A stretch of 61,355 bases of DNA from Rhynchobatus australiae (taxonomy: Eukaryota), in contig JAUZTB010000066.1 in NCBI GenBank assembly GCA_034780895.1, forward strand, positions 26,890,515 through 26,951,869. Direction: 5' to 3'. Made by a program: the position numbers and the translations under genes. The notes below the pieces were generated by a model, which was given only the letters and a program-made list of their open reading frames with translations, was not told the DNA's origin and ran no database searches. The stretch's first letter is position 1; each line of letters opens with the position of its first letter. This document shows positions 25,471-39,489 of this stretch, piece by piece.

Positions 25471-26445
25471 CTGGAATGTTCTTTCCGTACTATTTCGAGA
25501 CTTTGCATTTCACTTCCAAGCGGTGTTGACCGAAAAAAATGTATGGATACTCTGATGGCAATTCAGAAGCAGCATTTTGGGTAAGAGGTAGCACCAAGTC
25601 AGGAGAGTACTCGACTCCAGAGTGGTGATGCTGGCAAAAATACAAATGAGCCAGAGAGGGCAATCTGGATGTTTCAGAAGATGTGTGTTGGGGAACCTCA
25701 ACTCCATGCATCAGAAGTGGAAGGGGTGTACCACCTCCCAACCTACTCTATCTCTTGCCATCTGTGGTCCTCGCATTGATCTCACCAATCACCTCCGAAC
25801 ACGGAGAACCAGCTGGAAACAAGTCCCAAGGGACAGCCTCAGGCAAAAGGAGGATAATTAATCAATAACTCAGACAAAACCAGAAGCCAGTTTTGAGCTG
25901 ATGCCATGGAACTGAGNNNNNNNCGGTCCAATCCAGCAATTGAAACTCACGGATGATGTATGTAAGCTATTCACACCACTGGCGCTCTCGGTTCAAGGTG
26001 CGTTGGTGATGTCCCAGTAGAAGGGAGCTCATTTCTGAATCGCTGACGGAGTGCTGCACTGTTTGCTCAATCTGCCCTCTCAGTTGGGTGTAAAAGAAGA
26101 AAGCTATAGAATAATTTTAAAATAGAGCAGTGTCTTGAACAGCCTTAATCCATCAAGCAACGTAACTAAAAGTGATTATTGGATTTTTATCAGAGTACTG
26201 GTCGTGGGACCTTACTGTGTAGAAAATGGATAACATGCTACTTATATCGGAATAGTAGCTACACTGCAAAAGTATTTCAATGTAGGTAAAACACCTTGAA
26301 ATGTCCTGAGTGCAAGTTTTTCATTATTTTGTTTCTTCAGATGACAGTGAATGCAATTTGGAGTTTCCATGATGACCATATAGAAAACAGTACAGTTTGA
26401 TGCTTGGCTGTTACTGTATATAGATCAGAAAATCCCCAGGCTTAC

Positions 26446-26500
26446 ACAATGACCAATTTCGAGACTTTGCATTTCACTTCCAAGCAGTGTTGACCAAAAA
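26446..26500 (-). pseudogene. Exon remnant, end of bromo-like region
   Basis: aagcAG acceptor and GTAAGC donor. Reads FLVNTAWK*NAKSRNW, with the same W-x4-KSR-x-W spacing as KMT2A PWFSVKKSRFW. Confidence 0.55.
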
Positions 26501-27275
26501 CTGCTTGGGTTGGTCAGCAACTTTCTTGGCAAGTGTATAAGTCAGGAAGAGTGCCTTATTGTTGCTGTCTAACGAACACCGCTTGGTGTGTACATTAGTG
26601 CACTAGAACGAACACAGCTTGGTGTGTACATTAGTGCACTAGAACAGAATTGGGTTTAGGTCTGATACCCCTCAGGATGAAGAGCCAACTGGTACTCACT
26701 GTGCAGACTCACCTCCCAAGGGCACACATACCTAGAAAATTTACCAGGTTAAGCATCATCTGAACGGGAGGGAAGGAGCTGGGAACAGAGTTGGGCAGTG
26801 GAATAGTAGTTCAAATATCACAACATCATACAGTATAGGGAGATACTAGACAACCTGTTGCGTCAATGGGGGTTCTTTGAAAAAAACTATCAAATAAGTT
26901 CCACCTTTACTCTTCCTTCACAGGCCCGCAACATTTTCCCTTTCAAGAATATATCCAATTCCCTTCAGAACATTGCCCTGAAATTACTTTCAACATTCCT
27001 TCAGGCAGTGCAGTCTAGATCATAATAACTTTCTGCATAAAAAAAATCTCACTTGTTCTATTGCCAATTCTCCTGAATTTGTTTTCTTTGATTTCTGGCT
27101 CTCCCACAGGTGGAAATAATTTCACCTTATTCACTCCATCAAAATGGCGTATGATTTTGAACTCTGTCCTCAGCTTCCTACATCTGAGGAGAACAATCCC
27201 TGCCCTTCCCTCCCTTAAGGCCTCAAATCTTTCAGCCTGCATCTTAAAACAAACTGTTGCCCACAGTAGGCTCAC

Positions 27276-27560
27276 AGGAAGTGATGCTGAGGAAGAGATG
27301 GTAAAAGTGGTCAGAAAGAATTTGCTTGAAGTAAGAATTTGCAGTAAGGATGTTTTGGTTCCCAAGAATGAAGGTGATGGGTCAACATTCATAGCCAGCT
27401 TGTTTTCCAGAGAAACAGCTCCCTTGAAGGTGCTTGACAGAATTGTGTTAAAGCCTTTATGAAGTTGGACAATACCTGAGAGACACTCAGAACCACCACA
27501 TCCTTTCAAAGCCTTTTTTATTCCACACACATCGACCACATTGGGCATTGACTGCAGTTT
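27276..27560 (-). pseudogene. Exon remnant, atypical bromodomain-like segment
   Basis: ctttcAG acceptor and GTGAGC donor, 285 nt open, phase 0/0. VDVCGIKKAL resembles KMT2A LDLEGVKRKM. In phase with both flanking remnants. Confidence 0.45.
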
Positions 27561-29053
27561 CTGAAAGTGTACATATTGAGGTAGATTTTGTCACCCAAAT
27601 ATCAGTTCTTTCTTAACACAGCAGCAACTAAAGTCTGGATTTTAGTGGGGACCACATGACCCTCTCTCTGTAATGGCTCCATATGGCTATTGGGCAGTAC
27701 ATTTGACACCAGAGGTAAGATTTTTTTCCCTGTCAAGCTGAACAATCGCCTGTGCTGGCAAGCTGTGGAGTTAAGCTTCTGTAATAGCTCCGATGTAATT
27801 GGATGTGAGACCAGCCAAACTGTTTGACATCATCTCTAGATCCCATCAGTCTAAAGTCCAAGGTAAAAGCCCAATATCTAATGCACCACATCATACAGTT
27901 TCCATCAAGGACTTTCCTTCACATTGCTAATTCTGGTAATTCTGCCTTGTTGTGGGGTGGGGGAGGTGAGATCCTTCTTCAACAGGGCACAAAGCAGGAG
28001 GTAGAGAGCCGTAAGCACCATACTATTTCCCTATTCATTGACCTCAAGGGAAAAAGAATCAGACAGTCTGTGTGAGAGGCAGTTAAAACACCTCTGCTGT
28101 CTTACAACATCCCCACCCAAATCTGACAATCCTCTGTGCGATGCAAGTGTCAGAACGTTCCATTTTTAACACACAAATATCTCACACCTTGATTAGGATA
28201 AGGGTTTTTGGAAGTCCCTTGTAGGAAGTAATCTTCAGTGATCCTGTCAATGTTTGGTGCTGGGACACCTCTTCTTCCTAGGGTAGTGGCCGCCATGATT
28301 TACCTCAAATGCTATCTGATCCGCAGAGATCACTGTCGTTTCTTTCCTCTGTAATCTGTAGCAGCCTTTTCAGGGGCTGACCTTGCTGCCAAAAGGTGTT
28401 GGCTCCGCACTTGGATTTCTGCCCTCAGGGTCAGTTTCCAAGCCTTGTTGGCAGTAGGGAATCTTGGCTGTCGGTTGCCCATATTGGCAGATCACCAACT
28501 TTCTGTGCAACAAATGGTGTGGCTAAAATGAGCATTCCTTGGAGAGTCATTCCCCTGACTATTCTTTCCCATGTGAAATTACCTATTAACCAGGTAGCTG
28601 GATAAATGGTATGTTATTAACTAGTTAGTTGTTAATACAACTATTCAGTCTGACTCTACATAGAGTGGAGTTGTGAGCTGCTGATGAACACAGTAAGAAA
28701 ACATGTGTCTAATAAATGAGAATCACATGAGAGAGATTATCAAATGGTTTTTGTTTTTCCTTCATAAACCTCCTAAAGGTGTTTATCAGTTCCCCACCTC
28801 CTGGGTGGGATGAGGAGAGGATCACTGTGAATGCAGGACCATTTGCTGTCTTCCATGCCAATCCAGGCCATCTATCCACTCACCTGCAAGCATTTGCAAT
28901 GTGCAGATCAGCTACTGTTTTCCACAATCAACAGCAAAATCCCACAAAGCCAACCTGGTCCATACCTTGGCTAAGGCCAAACTGGTGACACATAGGAGAT
29001 GAGCAGTCTACCCCTCGAAATGCCCCTCATTATTCACTGGAGGACGTGTATAC

Positions 29054-29600
29054 CTTCCCACACAGCTCATTCAATACCACTGACAATGCGTGTCTGCAAT
29101 GTGTTAGACAGGCAGTAAAATGAGTCATTCCTGAGGCTGGGGCACAGGTTTCCATGCAATCTGCAGATCCAAAGTGCTATGGGAATTCAAGCTCTGCTGC
29201 TGGACAGCACGCAGGTAGTACTTCATGAACAGAACTTGTGGCAGAGTCCTTGCCATGGATACATTGGTGGCTTTCAGAAGGAAAGCGCAGACTCAACCCA
29301 TTACCACGGGTTGCTATCACTCTCAAGAACCTTTCACTGATATCCACGGGCTCACCCAGTCCCCCATGGGCTCCTCTCACCATATAAGAGCTCTCACTAC
29401 ATGTCCCTGGGATCCTCTCAGCACCTGGTACCTATCAACCATATCCATTAGTTGCTGCCACCCTCCAGAAACTCTTCACTATGATTCCAGTTGCAATAGT
29501 TTGAATCAGGTCAGAAGTCAGCAGTGAAAAATCAGAACAAAAAAAGGCCACTGAACTGCCAGAAACTGATTTTTGCTGCAAACTTTCATGACAGACAGGA
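29054..29600 (-). pseudogene. Exon remnant, PHD2/PHD3-like segment
   Basis: ttacAG acceptor; one frame over 547 nt with three stops. Contains (C)PVCHES, VIATRGNGLSL (~LFAKGNFCPL), QCIHGKDSATSSVHEVL (~RWVHSKCENLSDEMYEIL) and HALSVVLNEL (~ISLKQVLTAL). Most zinc-ligand Cys are lost. Confidence 0.6.
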
Positions 29601-29678
29601 CTGTAATGAACATAATCAATGAATCAGCAATTATCACCACTTTCTTTAAATGTCGATTAAGGGTGGAAAGTGACTCAC

Positions 29679-29804
29679 CAAAGCTGCTGAGAGCTGGTCC
29701 TATTTGTCATTTTATTGGTTTGGCAGGCACAATTGCCACCATATAAGCCCATGATAATGTTCAGGAAAGAGTGAAAGACTAAAGACCATTGGTGCACACC
29801 GCCA
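29679..29804 (-). pseudogene. Exon remnant, PHD1-like segment
   Basis: ctacAG acceptor and GTGAGT donor, 126 nt. Reads ..HQWSLVFHSFLN..GGNCACQTNK..QQL(C), compared with KMT2A YCQVCCEPFHKFCL..ENWCCRRCKFC. Splices in phase to the next remnant. Confidence 0.55.
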
Positions 29805-32779
29805 CTGTAGCTCAAAACAATTAGAAATAAGTAGGGATAAAACCCAAACCCTAAGGTGTTCCTGGTCAACGTATACATCAGTGGATCTGAATGTACCCTC
29901 CATGTCTAGAGGTCTCTGGGCATTATACACTGACTAAACTCCCTGGTGACTTGAGACAGTCAGAAACCATTCAATAAATAAATGCCTGATCAAGGGTATC
30001 TCCAGAGGTCCTTGGTGAGACATATAAGCTGACACCCGCACCCACACCCCAAGGACTTTGAAATAAATGATCTGACGCTACCTAATGAATATGTTCTTAA
30101 AAGGATTCTGCTCCAGCATTTTAGACTTTAATGTAAATGTGCAAGAATGAACAAAGACAGACTCTTATGGCTGAGTGTTACTGTTACTGATATCAACTTT
30201 CGTGCGTCTAATCCTGCAGCGTAGAATGTTGAGGTTATCTGTCAATCAACAGTCGACTGTGTCCGTTCCATTTTCACATCAAACGGATCATTATCCCAGT
30301 ACTGAAGGCGAAACAGCATCACTGGGCAACTTTTCCAACTGGGTAGACAATGAAGGCAAACCTTAAATATTAATCCCTTCACCTTGGGGCCAAGACCATT
30401 AACATAAATTGTATTCTGAGACAGCAGGCTGACTCAGTCGATTCTTCAGTAACCATAGCTAATCTCTATATTTTCAAACAACATTCGAGTTTCTTTAGGT
30501 TTCAGGATTGTGTTTGTAACTTAAGAGACCTATTGATATCATTAACGCAAGTGTCAGGATACAGGTCATTAGAAAGGTTGGTTGTCTATTCAGAGTATTC
30601 ACATGTATCCATCTCATCCTGGCTCCTGATATATTCCCAGCTAAAAGAATTCACTTAGATGTAGAAGGCAATGCATGAGGTGCCTTACTATTGCCACAAT
30701 TTTCTTCCATCTGTCCAGGGGACTCCCTCATTGCACACTACTATCACAGGTGTCTGGTACCCCATCCAACTAGCCATTTTTAATGTATGAAGTAATTCAT
30801 GTTGGCAAGATATTTGATTGTGGAAGGAACTATAGCTGACTGCACTGATGTATCAATGCACATTTACATCCCAGCAGGAACTGCTGTGACAGAGGGTCTT
30901 TGCTGATTTTCCTCTCAGAAGACAGAACCCAGAGCTGTCCTACAGGTGTACCCGAAGAGGCTGGTGGAGCCTAATTTGTGCAGCACAGACTGGGGATTGA
31001 ACCTGACGTCATCTGGATGTGTATTTCCACAACACTAGGCAGTGCACTTACCCACCAGAACATTGGGAAAGCCACCAAGCCCATTTTAAAGTGTGTTTGA
31101 TTCTATTCCAAGCAAGTCCTTGGGTATGAACACCAATGCCATCTGTGATTCAGTAAATGCAAGGTGACTCATGGCTTGCTGGTTGAGGAGGAAAGAAAAC
31201 TCTGCCTAGGTGGTAGAACATAATGTATGTTGATTAGCTAAGAGAATAATTGCTGTGATTGTAGACGTCGCTCTTTGATTGTAATAGGCAGAGGTGCATA
31301 AGTAGCATCAGACTGATAGACAATCCACATTTAATTTATATAAGTGTATCTTTAACTGAGTGCACTATGTGGCATGACTTTGTTACATTGTTGTATCAGG
31401 CACTGCATATTTTAATTGAAAGTTACTGCCTTCAACAAGGGATGTTCTTTTTATAGCTCTGTGCAGTATTGAATTAGTGCTCATCTTTTTAGATGAAGCA
31501 TTGAACTGAAGTTTTCCCTGCTTTAACATGAAATATATTATCACAAGATTTAAAAGAGCAAGAGAACTCTTATTCCCAGAGCACTGGAAATATTCAACCT
31601 GAGATCAATATTATGAAGACAGCTTATCTGGTCAATATCTTATCGCCCATTTGGGTGAGCTTGCTGTGCGTACAATTGCGATTCCCAGAATACAACTGTA
31701 CTAATTTGGTTACAGAGCAGTTTGCTACATCGATGCTCATGAAATATAAATTCCTCCAGCATTTTGTGTGTGAACTAAATACAAATGATTGAGTTGTTTA
31801 ATTGCAATTAAACGCAGTAAAATTTGCTTGTGTGAGGAAATCAAAAGATAGTATGCACAGGCTAGTGAAAGCGTTGACCATTTTGAACACCTGGTGTAAG
31901 TTTAATTCTGGATCATCCAATAGTTTGTTTCAGATATACGATTGCAGTTAAAATCTATTGGAATAACTGAGACAGATGTAGAAATTCAGCCTGGTATGTT
32001 CCCATATCCACAGGGCACTTGGATGGCAAAACTGGGATAATTATAATACCCTTCATGTATTTCCTGGGGATTTCAAGTGTGATTTCCCTACTGGGAACAT
32101 CATTTTGTGAAATTAGCCCTTGAGTCAGGATTTTGAGAACTAGTAATTTAAATATTTTTAGATGAATAATTATTTTCCTGTTTCTCACTTAATTGTTATG
32201 GGTGTGAGTATTAGTGACTTATGCAAGCAATTGGGGTACTTCTGTTATCTCATCCAGCAACAATACAATGAGTTTTCCATCTGGACCCACCAAGCTGGAT
32301 ATCAAGAGTGGGAGTCCAAAGCTGAATGTTCCTCCCTCACCAAATGTAGGTCCCTATCAGTGTTTGAGATCGGTTTTACTAAGTACAGATTGAACTTGGG
32401 TCGACGTGGCTCGGTTTCCTCATCCAAACCTGTTGAGCCATCAGGAGAAAAAAATTAGAATGTTTTGACTGATAAGTGGGAAGCTGGTGGTTGTGGCTGG
32501 AAGGGGGCCTGATAGAACCAAAATCATGCTGGCAAGAGCAGATCATTGGAACACAGGTCAAACACCGCAGAGCCAAGATCTCCCTTGAGAATGGGTAGTG
32601 CCTGGTAGTGCCAGTTGAGATTGATGGGATCAAGTGTCAATCCCATGTGCTGTTAATGGATGTTGTTCCAATCTTGGCAAATGGAATGAATGTCAAAGTC
32701 AAATATTTCATGGGCAGGTACCAAGAAAATTTCCCCTTATTCAGCATTAATAGCATGACACTAAACCATTAAACAGGAA

Positions 32780-33250
32780 GTCATTAGTGGACATAGAAGA
32801 CCTTTGTTAGGGGAGTTGGTAACAGAGAGAGTAGGGCTAAGAGAGAGAGAGAGAGAGAGAGAGTTGAGCTTAGAGAAGGGAGAAGAGGGAGAGAAGGGAG
32901 CGAAGAAAAAAGACTACCATCAATACTAATCAGTAGAAAGACAGATAGGAGTGGATACAGGGGGAGAGAGGTCAGAGTAATAGAGAAAGAAGGGGTTCTC
33001 AGGGGGACAGCACACAAACACAGAGAAATGTCAAGAGAGTGAGAGAGATACATTAACATGAGAGGCCCACTGAGAAGGAATGAGATAGTGATAATGTATT
33101 AATTCTAATAGGAGAGGAAGATAGATGGAAAAGGTGGTATGGAGGGAAATTGTTAGGGAGTGGATGTATTGGTGAGTGCAGCAAGTGAGTTTTATGGAAG
33201 GTTTTGAAGTAGAAGAAATGTGGTGGAGGCAAAGAGGATTAATTAGGAAG
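32780..33250. repeat. GA-rich low-complexity tract including (GA)n
   Basis: (GA)n at ~32840-32861 within a purine-rich run. Confidence 0.75.
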
Positions 33251-34099
33251 TCCAAATACTGTTGGCTGGATGACCAATCCAGAGGAAGAAGGGCACAAGA
33301 GTGTCAGAGGTGCATTGGAGAGTTTTGGGGGGAGCAGCTGGAGTTGTGCTGAAGGGCAGTACAGAGTTGGAATGGGGCAAAGAATTTAAACATGGATGAC
33401 AATTTTTAATTAAACATCTGGGTGTCAGGAGTTAATGCAGACCAAGCAGGTCAGGATGGCGGGTAAGAGGTTGATGCAGGCTAGGATACAATAAGCAGAG
33501 CATTACGTAAGTTGGTCTATTGAGAGTGATGATGGGAACTCAGCCAGGACACATTTGAAATTATTGATTTTGGAGTTGACAAGGAAATATATGGCATTGT
33601 GTATTCTGAGGCAGGGATGGAGGCTGGGAATTCTACAGGAAGCATACCATTAGAATAGTGACAAAAAGCAGTTCAGAGTGGTATGGGACAGACAGAAGCA
33701 GTGGCTGGTGAGGGAAAGGGAATTGCTTGTGTGTGAAGAGGACCCAACATTGTTGGGTTTCTTTCCTAGAAGAGCTGGAGTGGATGGCAGAATGTAGAAA
33801 CCAGCCACAGACAAGTTGTTCCAGAGGCTCATTACCCAGGTCTGTAACCAGGCTTTACAACTGGACTCAAATTCATGTGATTGACAGATTTAGAATCACA
33901 ATGCTCCTGTTTGTTTTGCCTGCATCATTACACAGAGAACTGCATATGATCAATTAGCCTTACACTGCACATCTGGTGCTTTCCTTTCTCCAGAGAGGGC
34001 CGACTGCTGTATTTATTACATTTTATGAAACTCCGGTGCCAACAGCAATGCTAGAGTTGTGACTTGCACTCAGAGAGTTTAAAGTAGGCACCCTCTCAT

Positions 34100-34640
34100 T
34101 TTACCCAGACACACCCCAGCCATATGTGGACACCCTTTTAGCTTCTAGACAAGACCAGTCAATGTCTGATCTAACCCAGATTCCAGCATGCCCTAGACAT
34201 TTCCAGCCTTACACCAACACTCTCTGGCCGTACCCAGACACTCTCCAGTAGTGGTTAGACACTACACAACTCCAGCAGTTTTAAGGCACTCTCCAGATGT
34301 GCACAGACTTCTTCCAGCCTAACCCAGTTACACACTAGCAAGTCCTAGACATTCCCTAGCCTTCCTCAGACATTCTCAGCAGCAAACAGGCTCTCTCCAG
34401 TGAACCCTGACTCCATCCAACCATACCCAGTCACATTCCTAACCATACCCACACACTCTTCTGTCATATACCAACACACTCCGGACATACGCAGTCACTC
34501 TACAGCTAAATCCAGCCACATCTACCAATGCACGGTCTCTAGCTGTATCCCGACACACCCCAACCATTTCCAAATACTCTCTAGCCATTCAGAGACATTT
34601 TCCAGCTAAACTCAGACACTCACTAGCGGTGTCTAGACAT
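34100..34640. repeat. Degenerate ~20-bp tandem repeat
   Basis: Recurring ACCCAGACACTCTCCAGCC-like unit. Confidence 0.65.
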
Positions 34641-34649
34641 CCTCCACAG

Positions 34650-35541
34650 CTCTCCTTCCTTGCGGGGCTCTCCTTGTCGAAGTGATATGTGGTCACCATT
34701 GTTGAGGAATCCAGACAGATCCATTCATTCTATTGCCAGCTTGACGTGGCTCGGTAATTCTGTACAGTATACTGCGGCCAGAATTTCTTCATTACATATT
34801 CTTACCCACTGAACCTAAACTATACAACATTCTGCAGTCCCAGAATCTTCAGTTCCCAGTAGCCAGCTGCCACTCAATAGCAAGCAAACTGACAACCAGG
34901 CCTTTGGTTTTGGTTGGCATTCACTGTGGTATTTCTGGCAGCATCTATGGGAAATGGTCTTCTTGAGCCTATTGTTTAAGTCTGCAGTCAGGCTGAAGTG
35001 GTCGACAACAGACAGTAGTGCAGTGACTGCACTTGCCATTACTGATGCAGCAAAAGGAAGGGTCCATTAGCTTCTGAACACCCCAGACTGGCACATTAGC
35101 TTTTGCTTGGTGTAGACAGACTTCAGCGATTCCTGAGAAGGGGACTGCTCTCTCCAGCTTCCACTTCAATCAGGTCCATCAGTCACAATGTCTCCTAATG
35201 GCTTAAGCAAGGTATGATGCAGCTATCCCCTGTAGCAACCACCTTCAACAACCCCCAATATCGCTGCCCCTTCTTCAACAGCACCTCCTATGGTGATATC
35301 TCCATGATGTTCAGTGACTTCTCTTGACTGGTTTATTGGCTTGTGTGTCAAATCACATTGGATGATATTTGGTTTCAGTGAAGTGTGCCTGGGATTGGCT
35401 GCAATAGGTTTGTGCTCAATTGCTGGAACTTGCATTCTCTTTGCTTTGTGTAAGTAAATAAGCACCTTCCAATTAGGTCTAACATTCTCCGAAGATGGTG
35501 TACTAAGGAATAATCAATGCAGGTTGCTAACTTCTTACATC
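34650..35541 (-). pseudogene. Long decayed coding-like segment (possible CXXC-region remnant)
   Basis: ORFs 35223-35465 and 34815-35039 share one frame, broken only by scattered stops; ttgcAG acceptor ~35541. LHKAKRMQVPAIE resembles LKKAKAQLCKIE, and TEDSGT../RFSG*..KK weakly resembles the CXXC motif EDCGVC..KFGG..KK. Confidence 0.4.
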
Positions 35542-38254
35542 CTGCAAGTCATAAAATATCTAACTACGTGATGCGTGGAAGACACTCTGTGTAATTTACT
35601 GTGCTTCATCTGCTTTGCATCTTCCAAACTTTCCCTTCTACCACCTTGCTAATGCACGGACAAAACCACAGTCTGGGAGCCACCACTTCTCTGCCCTTTG
35701 AATACCTTTTCAGAACTTGCCAGTTTCTGGAGCAGACACAAGCCTGTGAACATGTTGCCCAGCTATTGGCCACTCGATGAAGAAAAGATGTCCTTTTGGC
35801 AAAATAAATGAAATTTTAGTCCTCCAATATTAAAGAAAGGAAGTTCCTAAAGTCAATTCTTAACCTTCAGGATGTTCTGGAGGTTCTCGTTAAATCACAC
35901 GCTTCATCCATTCATGACAAAGCTACTGAGGTCTTTTAATTTTATGTGTGGAGGTTGCAATTATTCCTTCTGCCTGGATCTCACTCACTGTTGAACATTA
36001 AAAGCAGAGAGAGGTATTTGGCGCAACAACTCTGCCCCTTCAGCTTATTTAACCTGGCAGAGAAATCATTAAATATTCTGTTAAAAAATGCTGGCATTGA
36101 CAGCACAATGTTGTACACAGTGGCAATCAGCTATAACACATTTCTTCCCCACATTCTTTTTAAAAAGTTTCCTTTTTGGATGTTTTATTCTCATTGATGC
36201 TCAGGATGTTAGTGGTGATTTGTACATCTTGCATTATGAGTATAAGTTCTAGCAAACACTCAGGTCAGCTGTGGAATGTATTACATTCAGTGTGGAGCTC
36301 CTTTTACACCCTCCTATCAAATGCTCCTAGGTCATGGAGAGCATGCGTCAGATATCAAGTACTGTTCCTCCCACATTGCCATAGTAGTAAAGAGTAAAGC
36401 ATTTACTACACACCACAGTCCCAGGTGACGTACAGCATGTTACATATGGGTTAAAACTCCCTTTGCATCATCTTAATAAAAACACACTTAGATCAGGTTC
36501 AGCACTGGTGAAACAAGTACTACTCATTCTTAAACTGTCTCATCAAACACTTCCAAAACAAGTGCAAAACAAACCACAGTGAGACTGCCTTGTCACATAT
36601 TGTATTTGTTAAATAGAAATAATACAACTTCAACTCTTTTCCTTTAAGCAATTCCAGGTCTGGTGTAGAATAGACTACCTACATGTTAAAGCACTCTTGA
36701 GACAATCTCATTAAACTCAGCTAGCTCACACACAGCACATTTGATACAGAATAAAGCCCCTTCTTCTGTGTCCCAGAAGAGTGGCCCTTACTGCAGCTTT
36801 GAGATATTATCCTATTTTTCAAAGCACTGAGGTAAATAGTCAACCTGTTATGTTCATGTCCAACATCAGAGCTGTGACATATTGATTAAAATGCTTAAGG
36901 GAAACTATTAATTTTAAAATATGTTAATTATTAAAGGAGAGGTATTAGGAAAAAATCAATGAACTAATAAAAATACAGAAACTAGTGAGAATAGGTCAGT
37001 TTTGGTTTGTCTGTAAATGCACTCTTTAGACTTACATTTGTCCACTTATTTTATGTGGGGTATTTACAGCACATTCCTGTCAGTCAATCATCCAAAAGGC
37101 ATGGGGTCCTCTGAAAGGAAATTGACAAGCAATTGGGTACGTCCTTAACCAGTCAGGTGGAAGTATTGTTTCTGCACTAAAGGAAGTGTGAATTAGAATA
37201 GTGAAGTCAATGTCAAATCAGGTGCAGAAAATGAAATAAAGAGAGGGAAAGAAAAAAATGGATTCAGACAATTAAAAGATACAGAAAAGATATTTGAAAA
37301 TAAAATTATTTAGCTTTATAGCAAGACAAATTGCCAACAATAAATGAAAGCTGAATAAATGAAATAATGTGTTTGTAAAGGTTAATTTCAGATCCAGAGG
37401 TCTAAGATGCTGCTTTTGTGTATTTAGGCTGAAATGGACAAGCCTAAGTTTTAAGTGAGATTACTCCAAGTTCAGTGGCTTTACACATTCAATACACTTG
37501 AAAGGTGGTTGCAGAGTTGATTATTGTTGCTTCAGTAGATCCAGTCCGATGACATTCTATAAATCCTTCTTCAGAATTGAAATGGAGATGCTGGGGTCAG
37601 GTTTACACAGGACAATACAGGTGGGAAAGAATCAACAGAAAGGGATTTAATGAGACAGCAACAAACAATCTGCTGGAGTAACTCAGTGGGTTGAGTAGCA
37701 TCTGTTGGAGGAAAGGAACGGTCAGAATTTCAGGTCAAAAGCCCTGCATCAGGATGGTGCGTGGTCTCTGTGTGTTGCTCCAGATTCCAGTATCTGCAGT
37801 TTCTCGTGTCTCCATTTAATGAGATATCTCCCTCCTGCTCTCTGTTCACAGAATCCACAGCCTTGCCTCTCCCCTTTTCTAATCTCCAGGCCCACAGCCT
37901 GCACTCCAACCTTTCCTCCATCCCCACTTCCTGCCTCCATTGGCAGACGAACCTTCAGATATCTAGGCCCTAAGCTCTCCACATATTTACTCCTCCCTCC
38001 TCCTCTTCCTAAAACATATCTCTTTGACTAAACTTCAGTCACCAGTTCTAGTCATCTTCACATATGATCATTCTGTTGGCCTGGGATGTTTTATTAGGTT
38101 AAATGCTATTTCCTATGGGGTTGAAAGATACACAAAATCTTACAAGGAGAATTGTTCAATGACATGCTCCACCTGTGAAAAAAGAGCAAAATAATGATTG
38201 TCTGCGCATTGCTATTTCAAGTTTCTAATACCAGCTATTTTTTCAGTTTAGATA

Positions 38255-38500
38255 GAGAGTCACGCAGAATTTAAATAAGGCCTTTGGTCCATCAGCTCCA
38301 CACCAACCATCAAGCACTCATTTACACTAATTGTCATGTTTATTCTCCCCAGCTTCCCATCAGATTCTACCCCTCACCAACATACTAGGGGCAATTGACT
38401 AACCTCCCAACCCACATGTCTTTGGCAGGTAGGAGAAGACCAGATCAGCCAGGGGAAACCCATGTGGTCACAGGGCGAATGTGCAAACTCCACACAGACA
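38255..38500 (-). mobile_element. HE1-like SINE fragment
   Basis: GGGGAAACCCATGTGGTCACAGGGCGAATGTGCAAACTCCACACAGACAG core. Confidence 0.72.
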
Positions 38501-38624
38501 GTTTTAACATCTGTTGAATCATTGACATCAACCCAAGTCGCAGTTCTCAAGAGAATGAAGTAAAAAGGGCTTTTAGCCCCAGCCATACCTGCTGTTAACT
38601 ATGAGGATGTGCAACTAGGTGCAT

Positions 38625-39025
38625 GAGGAGACAGGCAGGTGGGGTGTTGGTGTGGAGCCAGACAAGCGGGGTATAATGGGATATGGAGGTGAGGATGGAA
38701 CCAGAGGTAGTGGGTATGGGGGTAGGGAGTAAACAGATGGGTAGGATATTAGGGTAATAGAGGTATCAGGCAATTGAGGTGTCAGAGGGGAGTCAGGCAG
38801 ATGGATATTAAAGGGGCGTCAGGCATTCAGGTATTAGAGGGATCAGGCAGGTGGGGTATTAGGTGGGAGTAGGCAGACGGGAGACAGGCAGGAGAGGCAT
38901 GAAGGAGGCTGCTGGGTGCAGGAGAGTCAGGTCAAGGGTTTCTAGAGTGGAGTCAGGCAGGGGGCTATTGGAGGGATCAGGTGGGGGGTAAGAGATTTAG
39001 GGTAATTAATCAGGGGGGTTGAAGG
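38625..39025. repeat. G-rich degenerate tandem repeat
   Basis: Recurring GGAGTCAGGCAGGTGGGGTATTAG-like unit. Confidence 0.65.
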
Positions 39026-39489
39026 GAAAGGCAAATGTTTCATGGCGTGATAGATGAAGGGAATTAGGAATTTCTTATTGGGAGCTCCAGATCACTGAGG
39101 GGAAAAATATTTCTCTCCTTGTGTTAAACTGACTTGATTTTCACCACGTGCTCGCACCTTGGTGCATCTGGTATTGATTTGGTTGTCATAGTATTTGGGA
39201 AAGATTTTACAATTGAAGCAAATTTTACACATAGCTTAGAAGTGGATGGTTTGCTGATTTGCCAAAATAGTCTGCTCATATTTCAGCAATTTCATTCATT
39301 CAACAATTATATGCTGAGAAATTAGTAAGCACTCAATCAGACCCCCACTGAAGACCAAGAAAAAGAAATGAACTGATGTCAACAGTAGACTTTGAGAGAG
39401 ATAAATAGGTGAATGATGGTAAGGTCTGAGATGTGACTCTCAAGCAGACTCTTGTGAAGAATGAAAGTTAATTAAATACATATTTATTA

